64,000 nt of DNA from Candidatus Micrarchaeota archaeon. GTDB taxonomy: Archaea; Micrarchaeota; Micrarchaeia; Anstonellales; JAGGVH01. Below are positions 57,112 to 64,000 of this stretch, piece by piece (the stretch's first letter is position 1; the number at the start of each line of letters is the position of its first letter). The stretch lies in assembly GCA_020854835.1 (NCBI GenBank), contig JAHKLX010000055.1:11691-75690 (forward strand), written 5' to 3'. Both the position numbers and the translations under genes were made by a program. Below the pieces are notes generated by a model. That model was not told the DNA's origin. It did not search any database and worked only from the letters and a program-made list of their open reading frames with translations.

Positions 57112-59580
57112 ATGCTGGAATATAAACTTAAGGCAATGCTGACTTCCTTATTGAAAAATAAAAAATTTTGGAATGGGGCCCTTGTAGCATTTGCTTTTTT
57201 TTCATTCAACATGTTGTTTCCTTTTTACCCTTTACCTGTTGTTTTATTTTTATCAATTTTTTTGGGTTATGTTGGGTACAATGTTCCCCAACTGGCAATG
57301 GTACTCCAGCTTGTATTGTGTTTGTTCCCAGTAAGCTATCAATCTGTCGGAATGGGCTGGTATTTTATGCTGACAGCAGCGTTGGTATTAATTATATTGA
57401 CTAAAGACTATATTGATAAAAGCGAGTATTCTGAGAGAAATTGGAAGATTGTGGCAATAATACAAATGATGGTTGGACTTTCATTTTTCTCAGGAATTTG
57501 GGCGATTTTTATTCTGCCTTTTTTTGTGATATCGTCCTTCTATCTAAGCTCAAAAAGAGTTGCACCTGTTCTTTTTATTATACTCACTATTGCCATGCTA
57601 TTTGTTTCGTTTGGAAATCAATCTGAATTATACCCTATTTCGCAAGTTGAAAATAAACTCATCTTCAATAAACCTGAATTAGGGATAGATATCAATATTA
57701 TTTCAGAAGTAATGTTAACAGCAAATGATATATTTATGGAGTCCAGCCAAATAGGTAAAGTGGGAGGGAGTTTGGTTGGAAATTTGATTAATATTATTTT
57801 AAATGACAATTATATTTATGTCATGTTATTGTGGATTTTTCCATTAACGATTATGGCGTACATACCTGGCAGAGTTAGAATGAAACGCGAATTAAGTTTG
57901 AGTTCTCTCCTTATTTTTGTAATACCCCTAGGAATGTATTTTGTTTGGGGAATTTTATCTGTATTTGTATGGGCATCAGCAGTTTTGAGTTTATTTATTG
58001 TATTTGTTTTAGAGAGAAAAAATGTAAAACTATCTAGGGAAGAAGAAGTTGTTTTAAAAGAAAGAGAAAAAAAGTTTATGCAATTTGGATTAAAAGAATT
58101 GACTGCGGCGAAAGAGGTTGAGTCATTAGATGATGTTGGCAATTATGAAGATGTGAAAGAGGAATTAAAAGAAAGTATAACCATCCCTCTGCTACATAAA
58201 GATTTGGTTGAAGCATACGGTATTAGGCCTGCCAGAGGAATGTTGTTGTTTGGGCCCCCCGGTACAGGTAAAACTTTAATAATGACTGCACTCGCCAAAG
58301 AGATTGATTATGGATTTTTTTATGTTAGGTCAAGCAGTTTAACTTCACCTGCTTTTGGTGTGGCGGCTAAAAACATAACAAACTTATTTAAAACTGCCAG
58401 ACAAAATCAACCTTGTATTTTGTTCTTTGATGAAATTGATTCGTTAGGCAGAAAGAGAGAAAATTTGAGCGAGCATGCTTCAAAAATGCTTACATCATTA
58501 CTTCAAGAGATGGATGGATTTAAAGATGATGAAAAAATTGTGATTATTGGAGCAACAAATAAACCTGAAGTTTTGGACCCCGCACTCATGAGACCTGGAA
58601 GAATTGATAAAATAATATATATGCCCCCACCAAATAAAGAGGGTAGAAAAAAGATTTTTGAGATACATACTAAAAAATTAAATGTTGAAAAATTGAATAT
58701 TGAAGAATTGGCAAGTAAAACAAATGGATTTAGCGGGGCAGATATTAAAATATTATGTGAAGAAGTAAATCGAAGTGTCGCCAAAAAAGCAATAAAATCT
58801 AAAAAAGTTATAAAAATAAATAATGATGATTTTGTAAGATTAATTAGAAATATGGAACCCTCGATAAAAGAAGCAGATATACTAAAATACAATAGATTTA
58901 AATCCATTTATGAGAGAAGATTCATTAAATCTGAAGGTGAAGAATCAGATGAAATTGTTGATATGGGTGAAGTTTTGGATGCTGTTGAGAAAGGATATGA
59001 AGAGAATTTAAACATGCTCCTGTTCGGCCCTAAAGGCAATGGGAAATCTTTGGCAGTTAAACATTTTGCCAAAATCAAAAACATTCCTTTGTCAAAAATA
59101 GACTGTTCTAAAGAGGAATTTGACCCCAACGTTTTAAAGGTTGTTCCAGGAGAGATATTAGTTTTGGAAAGATTGGAAGAAGCGCCACCAAAATACATTA
59201 AAAAAATAATTGCCCTCATAGATAAAAAAAATGTTTTTGCCACTAGTGTTAAACCTTGGCTCATAAATAAAGAACTTTTAGCAAAATTTGAGGTTTTAAT
59301 TTTGGTCGGTTTACCAAATCCTACAACTAGAAAAAAACTTCTTGATAGGTATAGTGTTTATGAAGAAAGTATTGTTAGGGCGCTTTCAGGATGCACATAT
59401 TCAGAGGTTATGAAAATAGGCGGGCTTATAAGAAAACAAAAAATGATGGGAAAGATTAAAAACATTGAGTTAGATGAAGATATCCATATAATTTTATCGC
59501 ACGCGAATAAAGTGAATGTCGATAATATTAAACTTTATAAAAGATTTGTTGAAAGTGTTGAATCTAAAAAACAGGGGTGA
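57112..59580 (+). CDS. polytopic-membrane tandem AAA+ ATPase (canonical D1, divergent D2)
   Basis: 822 aa. The N-terminal ~300 aa have ~9 TM helices. D1 has Walker A GPPGTGKT, Walker B ILFFDEID and SRH GATNKPEVLDPALMRPGRID. D2 has GPKGNGKS and LVLERLEE. No protease domain. Confidence 0.85.
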   Translation: MLEYKLKAMLTSLLKNKKFWNGALVAFAFFSFNMLFPFYPLPVVLFLSIFLGYVGYNVPQLAMVLQLVLCLFPVSYQSVGMGWYFMLTAALVLIILTKDYIDKSEYSERNWKIVAIIQMMVGLSFFSGIWAIFILPFFVISSFYLSSKRVAPVLFIILTIAMLFVSFGNQSELYPISQVENKLIFNKPELGIDINIISEVMLTANDIFMESSQIGKVGGSLVGNLINIILNDNYIYVMLLWIFPLTIMAYIPGRVRMKRELSLSSLLIFVIPLGMYFVWGILSVFVWASAVLSLFIVFVLERKNVKLSREEEVVLKEREKKFMQFGLKELTAAKEVESLDDVGNYEDVKEELKESITIPLLHKDLVEAYGIRPARGMLLFGPPGTGKTLIMTALAKEIDYGFFYVRSSSLTSPAFGVAAKNITNLFKTARQNQPCILFFDEIDSLGRKRENLSEHASKMLTSLLQEMDGFKDDEKIVIIGATNKPEVLDPALMRPGRIDKIIYMPPPNKEGRKKIFEIHTKKLNVEKLNIEELASKTNGFSGADIKILCEEVNRSVAKKAIKSKKVIKINNDDFVRLIRNMEPSIKEADILKYNRFKSIYERRFIKSEGEESDEIVDMGEVLDAVEKGYEENLNMLLFGPKGNGKSLAVKHFAKIKNIPLSKIDCSKEEFDPNVLKVVPGEILVLERLEEAPPKYIKKIIALIDKKNVFATSVKPWLINKELLAKFEVLILVGLPNPTTRKKLLDRYSVYEESIVRALSGCTYSEVMKIGGLIRKQKMMGKIKNIELDEDIHIILSHANKVNVDNIKLYKRFVESVESKKQG

Positions 59581-59585
59581 ATAGA

Positions 59586-60992
59586 ATGCCGAAAGTGAAA
59601 AATAAAAAAACTGTTAAAAAGAGTGAGACAAAAAAAGTATTGAAAAAAAAGACTGGAAATAAGAAAAAAATTATTAAAAAGAAACCTGCGGTTAAGAAAA
59701 CTGTTGCAAAGAAAAAAATTGTAAAGAAAAAATCAAAACCTAAAGAAATTCTCAATGTTAAAAAACCTGTTAAAATAATTAAAAATTTTTATGAAGCTAT
59801 TGTTGTAGGGGGCGGGCCAGGAGGCAGTGTGGCTGCCATGTATCTCGCTAGAAATGGAGTGGACACTCTTTTAGTAGAAAAAGCTAAATTTCCAAGAGAT
59901 AAAACATGTGGTGATGCATTATCTGGAAAATCAAGAGAAGTTTTAGAGGAATTGCAGTTAGATAAAAAAATCGTTGAGGTTCCTCATGCAATAACCACTG
60001 GAGTCTTATTTTCTTCTCCTAAAGGAGATTCAGTTTCAATTCCTTTCAAAAATGACAAAGGAGAAATTATTCCTGGATTTATTTGTAGAAGAGAGATTTT
60101 AGATAATCTGATATTCCAAGAAGCAAAAAAACAAGTTTCAACTCTCGAAGAATTTGAAGTGAATAGTCTTATGTTTGAAAATGAAAAAGTTGTTGGAATT
60201 GTAGGAAAATATAAAGGGGAAGAAAGAAAAATCAAAGCGAAGGTTGTGATCGGAGCAGATGGAGTTTATTCAACTGTTGCGAGAACAGCTGGGGCCCTGG
60301 AAACTAATCCTGACCACATATGCGGAGCAGTTAGGGCTTATTACAAAAACGTTAAAGGAGTAACGAATGATATTGAACTTCATTTTGTTGATAGTGTTAT
60401 CCCAGGTTATTTTTGGATTTTTCCATGCGATAATGGGATGGCAAATGTAGGGTTGGGAATAATTGACTCGGAAATTATTAAAAAGAAAATAAATCTTGCC
60501 AGGCTTATGGAGGATGTGGTTCAAAATCATCCTATGTTCAAAGAAAGATTTAAAGATTCGGAACAAGTTACACCCATAAAGGGATGGAAATTATCTTTTG
60601 GTTCAAAAAGAAGAAAATCATATGGGGATGGATGGGCACTTGTTGGTGATGCGGCAGGTTTAGTTGATCCATTCACAGGAGAAGGAATGGGAAATGCGAT
60701 GTATTCTGGCAAAGTGGTTGCAGAAACAATTGCTAAATCCAAACAAAATGGATGGAACTCAGAAATAATGAAAGAATATGAAACTGCTTTATCAAACAAG
60801 CTTGATGCCGAACTTCAACAAAGCTATAAAATGCAGAGATGGGGAAAACATACATGGTTAGTCAATTACATTATTGGGAGAGCATCAAAAAGCGAAACTG
60901 TGAGAAACTATATAGCGAGCACAATAACTACTGCAGACGCCAAACAAGAATACTTTAATCCATTATTTTATCTTAGGCTTTTGTTTGCCTAA
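59586..60992 (+). CDS. geranylgeranyl reductase family flavoprotein with ~70-aa Lys-rich N-terminal extension
   Basis: ATG at 59586 (the ORF-track GTG at 59577 overlaps the upstream stop). FAD motif VVGGGPGGSVAA, PRDKTCGDALS, and C-terminal GDAAGLVDPFTGEG. It is preceded in frame by KVKNKKTVKKSETKKVLKKKTGNKKKIIKKKPAVKK.... Confidence 0.85.
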   Translation: MPKVKNKKTVKKSETKKVLKKKTGNKKKIIKKKPAVKKTVAKKKIVKKKSKPKEILNVKKPVKIIKNFYEAIVVGGGPGGSVAAMYLARNGVDTLLVEKAKFPRDKTCGDALSGKSREVLEELQLDKKIVEVPHAITTGVLFSSPKGDSVSIPFKNDKGEIIPGFICRREILDNLIFQEAKKQVSTLEEFEVNSLMFENEKVVGIVGKYKGEERKIKAKVVIGADGVYSTVARTAGALETNPDHICGAVRAYYKNVKGVTNDIELHFVDSVIPGYFWIFPCDNGMANVGLGIIDSEIIKKKINLARLMEDVVQNHPMFKERFKDSEQVTPIKGWKLSFGSKRRKSYGDGWALVGDAAGLVDPFTGEGMGNAMYSGKVVAETIAKSKQNGWNSEIMKEYETALSNKLDAELQQSYKMQRWGKHTWLVNYIIGRASKSETVRNYIASTITTADAKQEYFNPLFYLRLLFA

Positions 60993-61081
60993 TCAGGACG
61001 AAGAATAAGTATTTTAAAGCCATATAATACAAAAAATATTAAAACTCCTTTGAATTTTTAAGGGAGTGAAAGGTGAAAAAA

Positions 61082-61273
61082 ATGGAAGGAACAGTAAAAT
61101 TCTATAATGTAGTAAAAAGGTTTGGTTTCATATCTGGAGATGACGGCAAAGATTATTTTGTCCATTTATCAGGATTAAAACCCGGAACAAAACTTCAAGA
61201 AGGGGACAAAGTAAGATTTGATTCTGAAGATGGAGAAAAAGGCCTTAAAGCAGTGAATGTTGAAAAGATTTAA
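61082..61273 (+). CDS. cold-shock domain protein (CspA family)
   Basis: ~63 aa. GTVKFYNVVKRFGFI (RNP1-like) and DYFVH (RNP2-like). Confidence 0.9.
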   Translation: MEGTVKFYNVVKRFGFISGDDGKDYFVHLSGLKPGTKLQEGDKVRFDSEDGEKGLKAVNVEKI

Positions 61274-61340
61274 CTGTATTTAAAAAAACTAATACTAATC
61301 TTTTTTTCTTTTATTTAATTTTATTTTGAAAAATGAAAAT

Positions 61341-64000
61341 TTAACGCTTCTTTTTGGATAGTTTAGATGATGGTGCGTCCCCTATTGTGGGTTGTTTGTT
61401 TTGTTTATAAAAAAGAATCGCCCCTACTGCTACAATGATGGCCAATATAACAAAAATTATGAAACACAAACCCACAAAATCAGTTTCTTTTGGGAGAACT
61501 TCCGAGGTAATTGTCTCATTTTCTGGCTCTTCTGTGGTCGTGTTTGGGACAATTATTGGATCCGTAGGTTTGATGGGGGCATCAAACGAAACAACTTCAA
61601 ATGAAATTTTTTCATCGGTTAATTGTTTCAATGTTATTGTAATATCATTTATTCCGTCGCCAGTTAAATCTACTTCTTTTGTTTCTCCTTCATAAAGTTT
61701 TACTTGAACAGGATCTGAATAAATGTTTATTATAACATAACAACCCAGATCATCACAACCTCTTTCAACAATTTCTATTCTATGTTCTTGTATTGTTCCG
61801 TCCCAATAGTCATCATGATTAAAGAAAATTTCTTCCAACGATTTTTGATTACCATTTAAGTAAATCTTTAAATGTATGAAATCATTATCTGTGTTGTCGT
61901 CTGTGTCATCTTCTGTGTCATCGTTTGTGTCGTCGTCTGTGTCGTCTTCTTCAATTTCAACACATTCATTGTCTTCACATGTTTCATCTGAATCGCAATC
62001 GCTATCTTCACAGCATTCATATGCCACACATTCATGATCTTCAATGTATTCGCAATCCCCACATTCTAATTTTACACAATCTCCTCTTGAATTACAATAT
62101 TCGTCGCTTTCACAATTACTGTCCCGATTGCATTCATAACCTGCATCGTTTCTGCGAGGAGAGGGAGAAGGTTCTTCAGAACTACAAGAACCATCTTCAA
62201 TTAATCTTGATTGTGCATATGTAACGTTTTCAAATGATCCGCAATCATTTGCATCATATTGAATAATAAAGCGGGTTTGGTTCATGTGTGTTGTATTAAT
62301 ACATTCTTCATCTGACCATGAACTCCAAGAAGTAAATGTAATATTTTGAGTACAAGGTTCCTCGTAATCAATTGTAAATGTCCAGTTTTCATCTGCCCAT
62401 GCGTTGTTTGAAGAATTTATTGATTCTTCACAATACACATTCCATTCATAAACACCATTGGATAAAACACCGGTAGAACATGAACCACCGTAAACATTAT
62501 TATGTGTACAAACAATATCCCATAAAGTATCATTTAAATATACTTCACAATTACTTTCAAGGTTTACAACATACATTAATGATGTTGTATTAGTTTCAAT
62601 AACTGCTAAATCTAAAGGACTAACTAAACTTATTTCAATAAGTACTGGTTCTAAAGGTTCAGTGTAATTTATTGTAAAAGTTCTGTTTGTTTCTTCTGCC
62701 CAGGCATTGTTTGTTGCATTTGAAGAATCAACACAATACACGTTCCATTCATAAACACCGTTACTCAAATCATTTAACACACAAGAACCGCTCAAAATTT
62801 CAACAGCATCGCAAGTTTCTTCCCATGCACCTGTTTCATTTGTATAAACTGAACAGTTACTTTCTAGATTTACTGAATAAAATAATGAAGTGGTATTTGT
62901 TTCTATAATTGCTTCATCTTCTGGATAAATTAAAGTAACATCAACAGGTACTGGTTCGGGTGGAGCAACATAATTAATCATAAATGTCCTGTTTGATTCT
63001 GCCCAAGCATTATTGATTGAATTATTAGATTGTACGCAATAAACATTCCAAACGTAAACACCGTTATCTAAATCCATTAATTCGCAAGAACCATCTAAGG
63101 TTTCATTATTTGTACAATCTGCAGACCATTCACCACTACCATCATGATAAACAGTACAATTGCTTTCAAGGTTTACTGAATAATTTAAAGTTAAATTGTT
63201 AGATGTTAATATTTCATCCTCATCAGGTGAAATTAAATCTATTTCTAATGGAGGATAATATTCTATTGTAAACGTTCTGTTTGTTTCTTCGGCCCAACCA
63301 TTGTTTGTTGCGTTTGAAGAATCAACACAATACACGTTCCATTCATAAACACCATTATCTAAAGGACCAACTTCGCATGAAGCACCAGTTGTTTCATTTG
63401 TTTCACAATCTGGACTCCAACCCGTGATATTATGATAAACAGTACAGTTTGCTTCAAGGTTTACAGAATAAGTTAAATTTGTTTCATTTGTTTCAATAAC
63501 CTCTTCATCAGCAGGTGAAATTAAAGTAACATTAATTTCTATTGGTTCTGCGCATGTTCCATCTTCTACTGATTGATATTCTGTGTATGTTACGTTTTCA
63601 GTCTCCCCACAATAATTAGCATCATATTCTGTTAGGAATCTTGATTGATTCATGTGTGTTGTGTTTATGCATCCTTCATCTGACCATTCTGACCAAGTGG
63701 TGTTTGATATATTTTCTACACAAGGTTCTGCGCATGTTCCATCTTCTACTGATTGATATTCATAATGTGTTACGTTTTCAAATGTTCCACATTCGTTTGC
63801 ATCATATTCTGTTAGGAATCTTGATTGATTCATGTGTGTTGTGTTTATGCATCCTTCATCTGACCATGAGGACCAATCTGTAAATTGAAGATCTTCTACA
63901 CATGGCATTTCACACGTTCCAGTTTGATTAAAGTATGTCACATTGTTTGGTTCAGAAGTGTCATAAGTTGAATTAAACCAAGTGTTTTCTGGGTAAGACT
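61341..64000 (-). CDS. giant modular Cys-rich surface protein, C-terminally TM-anchored (5'-partial in window)
   Basis: The frame stays open upstream of the ORF-track GTG (63941) to the window edge (...SYPENTWFNSTYDTSEPNNV). At least 886 aa are visible. Content: three WSxWSDEGC 60-aa modules, four ~97-aa modules ending NGVYEWNVYC..NNAWAE..RTFTI, a Cys/Asp-rich block, a poly-(D/T/N) acidic spacer, a TM (LCFIIFVILAIIVAVGAILF) and a basic tail KKKR. Confidence 0.8.
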   Translation of the reverse strand, partial: SYPENTWFNSTYDTSEPNNVTYFNQTGTCEMPCVEDLQFTDWSSWSDEGCINTTHMNQSRFLTEYDANECGTFENVTHYEYQSVEDGTCAEPCVENISNTTWSEWSDEGCINTTHMNQSRFLTEYDANYCGETENVTYTEYQSVEDGTCAEPIEINVTLISPADEEVIETNETNLTYSVNLEANCTVYHNITGWSPDCETNETTGASCEVGPLDNGVYEWNVYCVDSSNATNNGWAEETNRTFTIEYYPPLEIDLISPDEDEILTSNNLTLNYSVNLESNCTVYHDGSGEWSADCTNNETLDGSCELMDLDNGVYVWNVYCVQSNNSINNAWAESNRTFMINYVAPPEPVPVDVTLIYPEDEAIIETNTTSLFYSVNLESNCSVYTNETGAWEETCDAVEILSGSCVLNDLSNGVYEWNVYCVDSSNATNNAWAEETNRTFTINYTEPLEPVLIEISLVSPLDLAVIETNTTSLMYVVNLESNCEVYLNDTLWDIVCTHNNVYGGSCSTGVLSNGVYEWNVYCEESINSSNNAWADENWTFTIDYEEPCTQNITFTSWSSWSDEECINTTHMNQTRFIIQYDANDCGSFENVTYAQSRLIEDGSCSSEEPSPSPRRNDAGYECNRDSNCESDEYCNSRGDCVKLECGDCEYIEDHECVAYECCEDSDCDSDETCEDNECVEIEEDDTDDDTNDDTEDDTDDNTDNDFIHLKIYLNGNQKSLEEIFFNHDDYWDGTIQEHRIEIVERGCDDLGCYVIINIYSDPVQVKLYEGETKEVDLTGDGINDITITLKQLTDEKISFEVVSFDAPIKPTDPIIVPNTTTEEPENETITSEVLPKETDFVGLCFIIFVILAIIVAVGAILFYKQNKQPTIGDAPSSKLSKKKR
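62355..63542. repeat. four divergent ~290-bp in-frame repeats (NGVYEWNVYC modules)
   Basis: Protein residues 134-529 split into 4 units with conserved Cys spacing. DNA copies are similar but not identical. Confidence 0.8.
63541..63900. repeat. 180-bp tandem duplication inside the surface-protein gene (WSxWS module)
   Basis: 63619-63687 is identical to 63799-63867 (69 nt, offset 180). A second shared block lies at 63546-63580 and 63726-63760. Confidence 0.9.

Noticed and set aside
62181-63910. Homology of the WSxWSDEGC modules to thrombospondin type-1 repeats or the cytokine-receptor WSXWS motif.
   Set aside because: Only the pentapeptide resembles them. The CSxTCG core and the Cys pattern of TSR are absent. 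I treated it as a descriptive label only.

Overview
This is a visibly AT-rich, tightly packed archaeal chromosome segment. I did not compute GC content. Domain assignment rests on archaeal-type informational and lipid genes: RFC small subunit, Rad50, aEF-1beta, PheS alpha, short XPF nuclease, membrane LonB, aIF5B, uL11, archaeal DnaG primase, mevalonate kinase with type-2 IPP isomerase, and geranylgeranyl reductase.

I support about 65 CDS, 5 tRNA genes, one candidate structured small RNA and several intragenic tandem repeats. Four of the tRNAs carry introns, one at a non-canonical T-loop position. I could not recognise any rRNA, CRISPR array, transposase, integrase or prophage.

Many genes have GGTG/GGAG Shine-Dalgarno-like motifs 5-12 nt upstream of the start. 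Many junctions overlap by 1-20 nt.

Classic operons are broken up. uL11 stands alone, Rad50 has no Mre11, and PheS has no beta subunit nearby. Bacterial-type genes are interspersed: hrcA-less grpE-dnaK-dnaJ, a serpin, an MltB-like lytic transglycosylase and a CspA-type cold-shock protein. There are also many unannotatable Cys-rich or repeat-rich proteins with an N-terminal signal and a C-terminal anchor. Taken together this resembles small-genome, surface-attached (DPANN-like) archaea, but that is an inference, not a demonstration.

The most interesting items are:
- a 962-aa protein built from near-identical ~87-aa mosaic repeats (50968-53856)
- a six-gene co-directional block in which pheS is embedded among unknown membrane-anchored proteins (10717-17651)
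- a giant modular Cys-rich, sequon-rich surface protein running off the window (61341-64000)
- a tRNA-Ser with a T-loop intron (54060-54180)
- a ~59% GC island with a K-turn-like motif (48957-49045)
- a polytopic-membrane tandem AAA+ ATPase (57112-59580)
- a ~10 kb proteostasis island (22207-32348)

All functional calls come from motif reading by eye. No database search was run.
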